Origin: Octopus vulgaris | Taxonomy: Eukaryota | DNA length: 64,000 nucleotides | Assembly: GCA_951406725.2 (NCBI GenBank) | Contig: OX597815.1 | Location: forward strand, 27,280,001-27,344,000 | Reading direction: 5' to 3' | Made by a program: the position numbers and the translations under genes | The notes under the pieces: model-generated | Databases searched by the model: none | The model's input: only the letters and a program-made list of their open reading frames with translations | What the model was told of the DNA's origin: nothing | Part shown: in pieces, positions 24,662 through 37,998 of the stretch | Layout: every line of letters begins with the position of its first letter | How positions within the stretch are numbered: the first letter of the stretch is position 1

Positions 24662-25263
24662 GGGCGGCAAGCTGGCAGAATCGTTAGCATGCCGGGCGAA
24701 ATGCTTAGCAGTATTTCGTCTGCCGCTACGTTCTGAGTTCAAATTCCGCCAAACTCGACTTTGCCTTTCATCCTTTCAGGGTCGATAAATTAAGTACCAG
24801 TTATGCACTGGGGTTAATATAATCGACTTAATCCATTTGTCTGTCCTTGTTTGTCCTCTCTATGTGTAGCCCTTTGTGGGTAGTAAAGAAATAGGTATTT
24901 TGTCTGCTGGTACATTCTGAGTTCAAATTCCGTCGAGGTCGACTTTGCCTTTCATCCTTTCGGGGTCGATAAATTAAGTACCAGTTACGCACTGGGGTTG
25001 ATATAATCGACTTAATCCATTTGTCTGTCCTTGTTTGTCCTCTCTATGTGTAGCCCTTTGTGGGTAGTAAAGAAATAGGTATTTTGTCTGCCGCTACGTT
25101 CTCAGTTCAAATTCCGCCGAGGTTGACTTTGCCTTTCATCCTTTCAGGGTCGATAAATTAAGTACCAGTTACGCATTGGGGGTCGATGTAATCGACTTAA
25201 CCCCTCTGTCTGTCTTTATTTGTCCTCTCTATGTTTAGCCCCTTGTGGGCAATAAAGAAATAA
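24662..25263 (+). mobile_element. Head-to-tail trimer of the Nin/Deu-like SINE
   Basis: Three ~180-bp units; internal junctions read gtgggtagtaaagaaata|ggtattt. Confidence 0.85.
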
Positions 25264-25339
25264 GAAGAGAGAGTATGAGCATCATAAGGGGAAACAGAGT
25301 GATAGGAGCAAGAGGAAGGGTGGTGCAAATATATGGGAA

Positions 25340-25612
25340 ACTACCACCTGTGTCACCTCTTGTGAAAGGTAGGAGAATCCAGTTTGCTGGACATTGTTGT
25401 AGTGCTAAAAACAAGGCAATTTCTACTCTTCTCCTCTGGAAGCCATCTACTCGCAATACCAGAGGGCGCACACTCTCCTGCCCTGATGTAATCTCCAGGG
25501 ATACAGGCATCCAGCAACAGGATCTCCGTAATGCTATGATGGACCATTGAGGTCTGGCGTAGCATGGTAAATTCTATTGTCTCGACCACGGTCGAACAAT
25601 GATGATGTGATG
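25340..25612 (+). mobile_element. RTE-group LINE 3' fragment
   Basis: LPPVSPLVKGRRIQFAGHC...LLLWKP...DLRNAMMD, followed by a (GAT)n tail. Confidence 0.7.
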
Positions 25613-26113
25613 ATGGTAGGGTAGTGTGAAATGGAAGAGAGACAGTGATGGGCAACTACATATTGGTTGTAGGTGATGAGACTGAAAAGAAAAATAGCAA
25701 GAATGGTACGATGGGTAAGGAAGAAGTGGTAGAGATGATGATGATGATTAATGATGATGTCTGAAGTATGGAAGGACAACAACAACAAAAAAAATGAATA
25801 TTTTCAATCTTGATTAGGTTTTAAAACATTCAGTTTTAACACCAAAATCAATTTCTTCTTTTCCCATATATTTCACAATGGTTTTGTTCTGTTTCACCAT
25901 TACCACTGATTCTGTTTCACTTTCTTATGATTGATTATATTTTTTTTCAATGACATAGTATTGGTAATATTAAACTTCAAATAATTATTTTACATCCAAT
26001 TAAAATTTTTACATCAAACAAATACATCTTAAAACTAGAGCATGAGTTTGTTACTTGTGTGTGTGTGTGTGTGTGTGAGAGTTTGTTACTTGTGTGTGTG
26101 TATGTTTGTTACT

Positions 26114-26149
<36 letters not shown>

Positions 26150-28009
26150 CTAGTATCTATCTGCATGTATGCGTATTTTTTGTATATTTGCGTTTCTGTC
26201 CAGGACGGTCTGTGTCTGTGTATGTGTTTATAACTTAGTGTTTGTATGTGTTTTGTAAATACGAGTAAGTTTATCTATTGTAATGCATGTGTGTAAATGT
26301 ATTTGTGCTTGCTTCAATGCGTCTAAGTATAGTGTGAGCATGTGTGTGTGTGTGTGTGTATCTATGTGTGAATTGGTCAGATGACTTAGGCTAAGAGCAT
26401 GTGTATCTACATGTGCGTGTGTGTGTGTGTGTTTGTGCGCTTATGTGTATGTCTGTGTTTATGTGTCAATTAGTCAGGTGACTATTAAATAAGTTAAGAA
26501 CGAAAGAAAGAAAGAAGATTGTTCAAAAGAGTGGTTGGTATCTGAAAGATTGATTATTAATTAAAATCTTTCTTTTGAAATCCTATGACAGTGGTTTTGG
26601 TGCATACAGTAGTGAATGAGCCAGACCACGCAGGGGAGGGAAATGAGAACAATGAACAATGTTATGGTAGCTTTGATATCTACCTTAGCATAATTAGTGT
26701 TAAACAACTACTGCTACCACCACCACCACCACCACCACCACTACTTCCACCATCTGGACCATCACCATTATCACTACTACCACTATAACCATCATCGCTA
26801 TCAGAACTACAACCACCACTGTTACTATTGCCACCATTACTGACAGCGTTATTGGTATCAGCCCATCACCACAGAGAGACCTGCTGGCCTAGGGCTAAAT
26901 AACATCAACATTTAGATTCATATTTTTTAAGAACAGAAAATTTTAGGATAAAACATCATCATCATCATCATCGTTTAACGTTCGTTTTCCATGCTAGCAT
27001 GGGTTGGACAGTTCGACCGGGGTCTGGGAAGCCAGGAGGCTGCACCAGGCTCCAGTCTGATCTGGCAATGCTTCTACAGCTGAATGCCCCTCCTAATGTC
27101 AACCACTCCATGATTTTAGTAGGTGCTTTTTACGTGCCACTGGTACAGGTGCCAGGGGAGGCTGACAGCAGCCACGATCAGTTGGTGCTTTTTATGTGCC
27201 ACCGGCATGGAAGCCAGTCAAGGCGGTGCTGGCATCAGTCATGTTCGGATGGTGTTTTTTACATGCCACCGCCACAGGTATCACAACTACAATTTCCATT
27301 TGATTTTTAATTTGATGTTGATGTACTTGACTCAATAGGTCTCCCCAAGTACAGCATTTTATTTATTTAATTTTTTTTTTTGCCAGTACATGAAGACATG
27401 TAGTGTCGATCACTACCTCAACTAACTATCTCATCAGAGGAGCCTACAAGAGAAAAGTTGACTTTTTTAGAAATAGCAGCCAAATTCTCTCAAATCACAC
27501 CCTAACTTTTTTTTTCTTTGTTTTTTAAAAACAAGATACATTAGTCTATGCAGCCTAGGTATACAAAGAAACGGAATGGAACTTTTTATTGTAAGCCTAC
27601 TTTGACTAAGGTTGACTAACATTACCAAACCCTTAAACTGAAAAACAACACATTTTCTAAATCATAGTTAAATTCATTAAGTTAGGCTAAACCTAGAGGT
27701 AAAAAAGAATCTGGAAAGTCAAGTAGTAGCCTGAATCCACAAGAATGAGCAAGAAAATACATCATCATCAGAAGCAACAGCAGTTTTACATCAGCTTTTC
27801 TATGCTTGCATGGGTTGGACAGGTCCTCTCCAATACATTTAACCATTTGTTGTTTTCCTTTATCATCTACTTTTCTAGGCTGAGCATGCAGGTAACTGCT
27901 CTCACCACTTATGCCCATTGGTCTTTCTTTTCTGTAGTTTCACTTGAATTTGCTGGCACTTCTTTACCCATTTGTTATCATCTGTATATATTACATACTC
28001 TCTCTCTCT

Positions 28010-28389
28010 CTCTCTTTTACTTGTTTCAGTCATTTGACTGTGGCCATGCTGGAGCACCGACTTTAGTCAAGCAAATCGACCCCAGAACTTATTCTTTGTA
28101 AGCCTAGTACTTATTGTATCGGTCTCTATTGCTAAACCGCTAAGTAAACACACCAGCATCGGTTGTCGAGCGATGTTGGGGGGACAAACACAGACACACA
28201 AACACACACACATATATACATACGACAGGCTTCTTTCAGTTTCCGTCTACCAAATCCACTCACAAGGCTTTGGTCAGCCCAAGGCTATATATAGTAGAAG
28301 ACACTTGCCCAAGGTGCCACGCAGTGGGACTGAACCCGGAACCATGTGGTTGGTAAGCAAGCTACTTACCACACAGCCACTCCTGCGCC
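28010..28389 (-). mobile_element. Full-length tRNA-derived CORE-like SINE (octopus OR-type)
   Basis: Head ggcgcaggagtggctgtgtggtaag...gggttcagtccc; CORE-like gcaccttgggcaagtgtctt. Other copies at about 5441-5600, 6352-6650, 10958-11277, 17780-17925, 18519-18745, 52334-52500. Confidence 0.8.
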
Positions 28390-28504
28390 ATGCCCATACC
28401 AATGCATTCATCTCTCTTACACACTACATGTGATTCCTTTTATACCTAGTTCATTTCTCAACTTACCTGTATACCTGTACTACATTGCATACACACATGT
28501 AGTT

Positions 28505-28990
28505 TGTCCGTCAATGTGACGAAGACCATCTAGTCATCCTGGGGTGGGGGTGGGCCTGTTTTGAGAGTCTGCAGATGGATAGTGAGGCCAATCTATGCCT
28601 GAAAGAGTCTTTGACAGTGTAGACAGGGAATGGTAGTGCCTGCTACAGGGTTGTTAGCACTATTCTTCCTGGCTTGTCAGCGGTCTTCTGCAGCAGCGAT
28701 CCTATTGGCCTCGCATGTGTTGGCACCCTTGTGGACAGGTGAACGCCACCCTTCTCTGTCTAGAGCAAACAGCTCCCAAGTGTCATAGTCGACGTTGAAG
28801 GCTTTCAGTGTGTCCTTAAAGTGCTTCTTCTGGCCACCTTGTGAGCGCTTTCCCTTTTGCAGCTTGCCAAAGAGCAATCCTTTTGGTAATCGATCGTCTG
28901 ACATGTAAGCTACATGCCCTGCCCAGTGAAGCTGAGACTGCATCAAGGTGGTATGGATGCTGGGCAGGTTAGCACGTATTAGTACCTCGG
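28505..28990 (-). mobile_element. RTE-clade LINE 3' fragment
   Basis: EVLIRANLPSI...QSQLHWAGHVAYMSDDRLPKGLLFGKLQKGKRSQGGQKKHFKDTLK...ALDREGWR. Confidence 0.85.
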
Positions 28991-30693
28991 ATCATTCTTG
29001 CTTCATTTCTCCCCAGTCTTTACATATCCTCTGTATTCAAGGCCATCTCATTACCCTTTACTTGAAAAAGAATCACCTAGTTGCCACCAGGGATTAATAG
29101 CCACCTCGACTTTTTCCACCTTGTTCTTATGGTGTTTACTATTTTTGCAGAGCAATCTCTTCTACAGTTGATTAGGTTGCCTAGGTAACAGAAGTTAACT
29201 ACTTCTCTGGAAGCCATCCAAAAGGAATTTATTTTATTGTTAACTACCCCTGTACATCTGCCACGTACTAAGCCTTTATTCACTATCAACCTGACTGTGA
29301 TCCCAGTTCTCTGGTACACCCATAGTTTACACCGTGTGCACTGTATGGAGTTCCTACAAACTCCTTTTCTGCTTACTGAGCATAGACATTTCCTAATTTC
29401 CTACTTTCTAAAATTTCTTAAAGTTTACTTTGAGGCCTCTTGATTCTAGCTTTGGTCTCTATATCTGAAATTTCTTTAAGTCTTCAACAGACAATTATAA
29501 TGATTACGCCACCTGCATCATGGACAGCCAAAACTTTAAACTCCTCTGCTATAGCCTGGAGAACTATAAAAAGAGAGGGATGAGAGACAAGTTTGATAAA
29601 TACCTATCTGCACACTCAATTCCTCATTGAACTCATTGCCAACTCCCATTTCACTGACTGCATCTCTGTATGTGCACTACCTTCACTTACACCTAATTTT
29701 CTTAAAGACCACCAGACTACAAATCGTGGTATCCTGGTAAAGACCTTCTCAAGATCAACAAATGCTAGGAGGAGAAGCTTATTTTTTGCTAAAAACTTCT
29801 CTTGTTATGAAGAAAGTATTACTAAGTACACTGACCTAGTGCAAATTTGAACTTCAGTTCATTTATGGTACATTTAGTGGAAGCCGCTTAATATAATCAC
29901 GGATGTTATCAGTTTATTCTAATCAACATTAGTGCGTTCAAACTCTTCAAAAACTATTTAAAAATTAAAATCAAAGCATTGGATATCATCAAAATCTCTA
30001 AGTAAACCACTCCACAACCACTATAACACAGAGATCAAAAGTAAAGTGTTCTAGCCACAAGTGTATGGTAACGGTGATGGAATCGAATGTTGGTGCTGGG
30101 AGTAGAGCCACCAGTGTGTTGATTACAATCACAGTGGATGTTATCAAATGGCTTTTATGAAAATTAATGAAACTATTTAAAAAAAATTAATTATCAGCTT
30201 ATAGAATCTCAATCCAGACATTGTTATATCTTCCGCTTAACATCATCATCTGGTTATTGTTATCAAAATGTTTTGTCCCAAATTACAACACCTACTGTGT
30301 GTGTGTGCGCTCATACTTGAATGCAAATATTGCATGTTGAAGTTGCATCGGTTCATCTAAACAGAAAATTGACAACCAGTTTATTTCGTTTTGTTAATTT
30401 ATACACATTTACCATCTTAATCTTAGTCATAAACTGTTTACTATAACATATACTGTGAACCCTTGAATTTTAATGTGACTTTTTTCTTCTCGATTTTGGC
30501 AAGAACAGAGCCATCTTTAACTTCACACTAAATTCCAAACTAATTTATCACAACAATCTCAAATTACTAGGCTCCACTCTTAGAAGTAGTTATAATGTTC
30601 TGGCTAATTTTCTTCGCTTCCTCTCAGGAAAATGAATTCGACATAGATGACAGAGAAGAAGACTAATTCTTTGGGATCCAGTTCAGCAGCTTA

Positions 30694-31203
30694 CCGTAAA
30701 TCCTCGAGTATAATCTGCATTTTCCCCCAAAATTTAAAGGTCAAAATCCTTAGTATGTATTATACACGAGGTTAAAAATGAAAATTATTTTCTAAGCAAT
30801 GTTTAATTCTCTATTTGCTGTCCGGCAATGTTTATTCAGATGCAGTTTGTGAAGTCGGGCGTGAAAATACTTTAAGCTAAGCCTGAAAGCAATGAAGTCA
30901 TAAAAGAATCATCCATAACTTGCAGTAAGCAACATTTATTAAACGTTATTACAGTTATTTCTTTATTTTCTGCAAACAAAATGCACAAAAAAGCTACACG
31001 TTTGCATTATGCTATATATACAATAATAATAAAGGGCGTTACCGTATACATTTTTACAAACCAAGGACGTTATATACACCTCCTTGACTCAAGTTAGAGA
31101 AGGGGTGCGTATTATACACAAGGTTTAGGTTTTTCAGAAGTACAGCCCCTAAAAATCCCCTGCGTATTATACTCAAGGGCAGACTATACTCGAGGATTTA
31201 CGG
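30694..31203. mobile_element. Non-autonomous pogo/Tc-mariner-type TIR element
   Basis: Perfect 19-bp TIR ccgtaaatcctcgagtata, flanked by TA on both sides. Confidence 0.85.
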
Positions 31204-31254
31204 TACATTTATGAATTCAATTTCCACAGTTCGACAAAACCCAGAAAGCATATG

Positions 31255-33060
31255 ACAACAAGAGCACTCAGAGAGAGCAAACCTCCACCAAGGCAACGCC
31301 AATGTCCTGGGTTTTTTTTATTGCCCACTGGGGGTCGAACACAGAGGGGACAATACAGAAACATGTGGGGACACGAAACAAGGGGAAGAAAAAGGATAAA
31401 GAAACACAGGACAGCGTATGAAAACAAGAATGAAAAATGAAAATGAGAAAATGAAAACGAAGCTACTCACCCCACCTCCGAGTGGCTTTACTTCCTTTTT
31501 CCTTTGAATTTTTTACCTTCCAAAATATCCAGTCCATATTCTTTTATAAGTTCCTCATACTTCATATCATCTAGCAACCCTTTCATGTCAAAGTTCACTC
31601 TCCAACACTTGTACCCACCTTTATACTTTTCTATTTCATTCTTCTGTTTCTCTGATGTTAAAATACACATATGTCAACCCTTAACACTCGTCTTTTCTTC
31701 CATCTTAACGAACACTGTGTTCTTCCATTTCGTTGCTTTGTCAATAAATTCCTCATCTACACCTTCAAACAACATACATGCAAAACAACTTTCAGTGAGA
31801 GGGGTAGTTTGTGGGTTCCTGTGTGTAAGTGCCTTTTTATGTTTTTGTGTCGGAGGGGAATGGGTGGGTTTGGTGTCTGCGCGGAGAGGTGGGGCTGAGA
31901 AGGTGTGGGTGTGGATTGGGGTTCCCATTCAGTCTGACCTGCTTTCTTTCTCTTCCTCTGGTTTTACTTTTCTATCACTTCCACGATTCGTCGTTTATTT
32001 ATATCTCCTCCTCTGCTTTCTCTGGTTCCTTCCTGACTTCTTTCTGATTTTTCTCAGTCGGTGAAGGGCAGTCCACTCTAATGTGTCCCTTTTTGCCACA
32101 TTTGAAACATCGAGGGATTCTGTCTTCCACCCTGACTCTCAATACTGCATCTCCAACTGTTACTGTTTCCACCATTTTTTCTAGGTTTTCCACCGAACTT
32201 TGTATTATTATATTCAATGTTTGTCCTTTCCAATTCGTTGCTTCTGTTTTCGTGGCTTGGAGAACAGCTATTTCCTCTTCGTTACCCAAAAGAATAGCCG
32301 CTGTCACCCAAGCCACATCTATTTCTTATCGTCTAAGGAATATACTTTATACACAATAGTCCTTTCCTGCATATCTTTTATTACTTCCTGATGTGGCGAC
32401 AACTTTACGTCGCCATCTTCTCTGTGTACCATCTTCTCATAACTTTTCAGCTTTGATAGATCCGCCTCCTTATTCGCAACTTCCGTAAAACTTTTCTTCT
32501 TTAATTGACTATCTATTCTATTCACTACTAGTACGAATTCCTCCTCCGACGATGGCAATTCAGACCCACTAAGGTCTGAATAAAACAAACTCTTCCTTCT
32601 ATCCATAGCCAACTCTCCTCAAACGAGGAGAGAAAGCACAAACAAATTGCTGCAAAGCAGCACAAAACAATAAACAAAGTGTTCTTTTTAAAACACTAAC
32701 ACAAAACAAAACGATGTGCACACTGCAAAAATTCCGTCAAAACTAACTCACGTACACCTTACAAAAAGCCTGAGACGACGGCGGCGTGTCCCCTCAACGA
32801 GTAAGACGATTTTTAAAATGAGAATATCTGAAATAAACTCGACTGCTCTCACAAATGAGAATACTAAAAATGAACCCGACCGCTCTCAAAAATTAAGTAA
32901 AAAACAGGAAAAATAATCCAGAATCTAATCAATTCGTGTAGGTCACGAGGCCTACCATCCCTGAAAGTTTCATCCGAATTCATCCAGCGGTTCTTGAGAC
33001 ATCTTGTCCACGGACAAACAAATAAACACAACTGAAAACAATACCTCCGCCTTTGCTAAT
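31255..33060 (+). mobile_element. Helentron-associated (HINE-like) element split by a retroelement insertion
   Basis: Left part aacaagagcactcagagagagcaaacctccaccaaggc; right part aagtttcatccgaattcatccagcggtt...aacaatacctccgcc. Family assignment is by resemblance only. Confidence 0.5.
31312..32788 (-). mobile_element. ORF1-only L1/Tx1-like retroelement (HAL1-like), disrupted
   Basis: Collinear ORF pieces 32319-32612, 31999-32316 (zinc knuckle CFKCGKKGHIRVDC), 31674-31928 and 31488-31670, then a short 3' UTR ending gtgggcaataaaaaaaa. No endonuclease or RT motifs. Confidence 0.7.
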
Positions 33061-33191
33061 AAAACAAAACCTTCCAAAGGATAATCTGTAAGTATTTCTT
33101 TTATAAAAAGAAATGTTTAAAAAGATCTTAAACCAAGAAAGATAATTATGTTTTGCTATGTAACCAAATCACTAATCGTTGAGAATATAAC

Positions 33192-33384
33192 CAGGGGCGT
33201 ATATTTCTCGTTGCTAGGTGTGCGCTGCACACCCATCATAGATAGCAAATTCATTGTAAATATTAAGCTTACTCATTAATTTAATCACGGATCTTAATGG
33301 AAAACTTTTGTTATACTCCTGCTTGAAATTTGGTGACATTGGGTGTGGAAGCACACCCAATACAACAACTACCATACGCCACTG
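33192..33384. mobile_element. hAT-type MITE
   Basis: Ends caggggcgta...tacgccactg; 8-bp TSD aatataac/aaaataac. Confidence 0.7.
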
Positions 33385-33458
33385 AAAATAACGTACTCTA
33401 TTAGATTTTAATTTATTTGCCTAACACAAGCTAGATGCCTTGAAGTTTTATCACTAAA

Positions 33459-33854
33459 CTAGCAGTATCGCCCGGCGTTGCTCGGGTTTGTAAGGGAAAT
33501 AACTATATAAGCATTTTTAGAGAGTTATGGCCAAAAAATAGCAAAAAAATGCATTAAAAATGGAAAAAAATTATATTAAATTTTTTTTTAAATCGTTGAC
33601 TCATCGTAGACATTTTTAGAAAGTTACTTCCCTTATATAATAGCGAAAAAATGCATTAAAATGGAAAAAAAATTATGGTAATTTTTTTTAAATCGTAGAC
33701 TCATCGTAGACGCGCGCTAATACTCAGAAGGGCTCGATATGAATCACGACTATAAGATACCCGGTTTTGGTTAAACTGCACCGCAAAATGTGGGAGTAGT
33801 TAGGAATCTAAATCGTAGGAGACAGACATACAACTTGACTTTTATATATAAAGA
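33459..33854 (-). mobile_element. Non-autonomous Helitron
   Basis: Reverse-complement homologue of 11390-11775 with TC/CTAG ends at an AT site. Confidence 0.88.
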
Positions 33855-34044
33855 TGTGAGGATTATTTCTCTACTGATGTCTTACATGAACCCAACGTTG
33901 CACGTTTATAAAAAGAGATATACTTTGAGTATTATTGGTAATTATTTTAATGATCTCGAAAAGAGAGTGTGTGTACTAGATCCAATAATTTGTACTCAAA
34001 ATGTAGAGACAAGATTAATTTAATAAGCCTTTAACTACTTTTTT

Positions 34045-34604
34045 CACTGTAAAAACATTAACCAAAAGTATGAACAAGCCAATAAGGATCCCCTACGTCA
34101 GGAATGAGTACCAGAGGTAAATTGTAAGTTCATAAGGACGTATGAGACGTTTCTGAGGTGAGAAAAATAACGAACCGTTAATTTTACAAATTCACAAATA
34201 TTTCAAGTCACTGCTTTGGTGTTAAGGCTTCGTCTGTGGACAATTTCAAAATTTAATGTGGACATAATTTCGATTTTCAGGTAATGTGTATTCTCCACAA
34301 GCATAACAAAACACATTTGGAGAATTAACGCAACACTTTCTTGAAGAGGACATCTTGCTCATTTTTCTATTGCTTAGTTCACCACAACATCTAAAAAGTA
34401 TGGAAAAAGGAAAAAAAAACTTAGGATAAGGTAACAAACACTGCGTACTGGACGTACACACAGACATAGTTACTATAGGGTTGCTCAATAACTTGAAAAC
34501 TAAATCTGATATGTCAAAAAGAAGGTTATATTTGGATCAAAGAGACCGATTTTGTATAGGGATGATGTCTATTTCCTAAACACCAAAAACTTTGTAGACC
34601 AGTG
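34045..34604 (-). mobile_element. Deleted Chapaev3-like DNA transposon
   Basis: CACTG...CAGTG ends and an N-terminal peptide MSSSRKCCVNSPNVFCYACGEYT; assigned from remembered family motifs. Confidence 0.45.
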
Positions 34605-35172
34605 TTATCTACCGCTGTTGTACGCGATCGTTCGACCCGAAAGAAATCGTAATCAAATCTCCCTTTAAAAAGAACTTAGTTAATGTATTTTTGCATGCAC
34701 TATGCCAGAAAATTGATGGCATCTTCACTGATGAAACATTTTTGATCATGGATAATCATCAGAGTTGAACTGGGGCTAAAGAACAACAAACAGGTTTCAT
34801 GAAACAAAGACTTATCCTGAACAAAGGATTGTACAATCTATCAAATGGATATTACTGAAGTAGTTTCAAAAAGGCGATGGATGGTCAAAATCGTTAGAGC
34901 ATCGGCATTGTGGTATTTTTTCGGCTCTTAACGTTCTGAGTTCAAATCCCTTCGAGATCAACTTATCGACCCCTTCCGGGGCCAATAAAATAGAATATTA
35001 ATCTAGTACTGGGGGCGAATTTAATTGACTAACCCTTCCCTCTCCAAATTTCAGGTCTTTTTCCTGTACTAGAAATGATTATTAATACAGTTTCAGAAAT
35101 CAGTAGCGCGAAAATAATGAAAGAAAACAAGTAGAAATGACTGAACTGTCCATACGAACGAACGTACTTCTG

Positions 35173-35585
35173 GGATCTTTTCGGTTTGAACGGCAGTTTT
35201 TTAAAATAATTTCCACGTAACTGAACACTTTTAAACTTCGTATACTGGTAGAATGTGTTTATAAAACATCTTTTTCTCTTGGCTTTATTGAGAAAATTCT
35301 ATAGTTTGTAAGATATTTGTTGTTTTTTTCTTCAATTTCTGCAATTTCAACCAATCAATGACGTCTTTTGAGGTGAAAACATTGTGCCGTATGAATATGT
35401 CCCTCGTTTAAGAAACAGATTGGGTTTATTTACATTTCTGAAGAAAAAAGATACCTTTCCCCCCACCCCTAACCCTAACCCTAAAACAGATTGAAATGCA
35501 ATAGATCGATACTAGGGTCATAATTATGGGTGACAATTTCATATGACACCGCTAGGAAAAACTGCCGTTCAAACCGAAAAGATCC
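35173..35585. mobile_element. Non-autonomous TIR element, Merlin-like
   Basis: Perfect 29-bp TIR ggatcttttcggtttgaacggcagttttt and perfect 8-bp TSD tacttctg. GG termini with an 8-bp TSD suggest Merlin. Confidence 0.85.
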
Positions 35586-36914
35586 TACTTCTGAAGTTGG
35601 GAAGATAGGAAATAGTGAAAGAAAAGAAACCGTTTCGTGAGTTTGCCTGTCAAAGTGTGTAATATGTGAGGTAGAGAGTGTCTATAGATATGATAAATTT
35701 ATGAGAGTGTGTGTGTGTGTGTGTGTGTGTGTATAAAAGAGAATGTGTGAAAGAGAAAAAGTGTGCGAGAGCAAGAATGTGTGTTTGGCGAGCATGTGAG
35801 AATGAATATGTTACACGTGTGCAGAGAAGTATATTGAGAGAAAGAGTGTAGATAGGTACATGAAAGATAGCAGAAAAAAAAAAACTACACAGTATGACAA
35901 AGAAAAAGAAAACTTACATTGAGTAAATATGGGGGATAATGTGTATGTAAGAAAAGCGATGTGGAAGAATGTGTTGAAGAGAAAGAGTTATAGAATATGC
36001 GTGAGAGAGTGAGGCAAAATTATCAATAGTTTAAATGATATAAATGAAATTTTTGTTTTTAATAATCTGTTAACAACAAGGAAAGTTTCAGTCTGTAATA
36101 CGAGATATACAAGTCAAGTCTGGGAATATTTCCAAATGAACTTTACTTGTGTTACATAGTTGGTATTCTGTTACGCTGAACTTTGTTACACCATATTCTG
36201 TTGCAGTAGCTTCTGAACTAGCTTGAGTTAGTTGAACAAAGCACATTAAAGTACATCCATTTTACAAACCTATTTCACTGCCATCACTACCATTGTCTTC
36301 GTGTAAATAAGATTTCTTAAATCAGGCGATGAGAGTGACGTTAACGTCAGCAAACGGCTTGATTGTTAAACAAACATCTTCCATCAAAATAAATAGTGTT
36401 AGCTGAACTGAAGTGCATATTTGAAATGTCGGTGGTTTGTTCGACTTTTGAAGATAGAAGACAAGATAGAAGCCATGTGTTGTTAACTAAATGAAGTATG
36501 AAATTTTGGAAGACACTTCCAAAATTGTCCGACTAAACATCTATCTAGAAAACACACTTGTGCGCGCACGCACAAACACATACACAAACGAATACAAGCG
36601 CATACAAAGTGTCCCATATATAAGACAGCGTGAAACATTATATAAATATCTGAATAGTATCCTGCTTGTGGGAAACCTGGCATATATGTATGTTTAGTCG
36701 GACAAGAAAGTCTGTTAATCCAATTTATGTTGAGCTGTATGTTTAACCTTACGCCAGGTTAGTTGTATTTGAAAGGAGAGTTGCGGTTTCTATCATTAAA
36801 GAAGAAAGGTTAATAGAACTTTTAACAAGTTAACGGCTGTAATACTAATCTTTCTTTCTCTTCTTCTCTAATGATATAGAATATAACAATAAGGTGTTTC
36901 ATTATAGTTGTTTC

Positions 36915-37656
36915 ATTGTGAACGTGACCTGGGCATTATTGTCGACAGCGATTTGTGTTGGACAAAACACATTGCTAAAATTGCCAAGAAGGCTGAGGGT
37001 ATCTTGGCATCACTCACCAAGTCCTTTGTGAGCCGCTCTCCAGATATCTATCTGCGGCTTTATATAGCTATGGTGCGACCTCACCTGGAATTTGCATCCC
37101 CGGTCTGGAACCCCTATCTTGCCCAAGATATTAATCGTCTGGAAGCCGTTCCGCGACATGCAACGAAAAGAATACCCTCCATCAGGCATTTGCCATATTC
37201 TGAACGCCTTACTTCCCTGGGCATGGATACATTGAAACTCCGACGTCTGGCAGCTGACTTGGCAGACACCCATAAAATTATTAACCATCTTACAAACAAT
37301 ATCTCTGAGCACCTTTTCAAATTCCATCTGTCTAACACCCGTGGACATGTTTACAAAGTCAGAAAACAGCACAGCACCCATGACTTTCGGAAGCATTTTT
37401 TCACGCTAAGAGTTGCTGAAGCATGGAACAAACTGCCGGCATCAGTTGTTAGTTGTCGGAGCAATGCATCCTTCAAAACTTCCATGCTTCCTGAGATTCG
37501 CCAATACTACACCTGGTTTTCTCCACTCCATACACACGCAAGCATGTATCTGACTCATACACTGTTCACTTTCCAGACATTTGTACATTACTGCATATGC
37601 TTTATATGCACTTTCTGACAAGTTGTGGTGCACCTGAGCACTGTATAATTTCAATA

Positions 37657-37690
<34 letters not shown>
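36915..37690 (+). mobile_element. CR1-clade LINE, 5'-truncated (ORF2 C-terminus and 3' UTR)
   Basis: ORF 36908-37618 reads ERDLGIIVDSDL, LYIAMVRPHLEFASPVWNP, LPYSERL, TRGH, FFTLRVAEAWNKLP; (ATT)n tail. Confidence 0.92.
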
Positions 37691-37692
<2 letters not shown>

Positions 37693-37806
37693 AAGGTACC
37701 AGAAGCCATGAGAGCCACTGCCTGGTACTGCATCAGGGCATTTACTGCATCAGGGCATTTATTATTATTATTATTATTATTATCATTATTATTATTATTA
37801 TTATTA

Positions 37807-37839
<33 letters not shown>

Positions 37840-37998
37840 CAAAAGCTTAACATTAAATTAGTTAACTGACTTTTCAATCGTTTTGCTCTCCAAATATGAA
37901 AAAAAGAAATAGTAAAACAGTAGAATCTAAGTAAACTGGTGATGTTCTGAGTTGGTAAAATATAATGCAAATAATACAATAATATTACTTTGCTAGAA

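Noticed and set aside
24662-24750. tRNA gene-like box A/B sequences
   Set aside because: They are SINE heads continuing into SINE bodies; no complete cloverleaf was identified.
35466-35484. Telomere-like (CCCTAA)n
   Set aside because: Only two to three units, internal to a TIR element and present in its other copy.
36336-36349. Perfect palindrome TGACGTTAACGTCA with two CRE half-sites
   Set aside because: A single short motif with no linked gene start; function cannot be supported from sequence alone.
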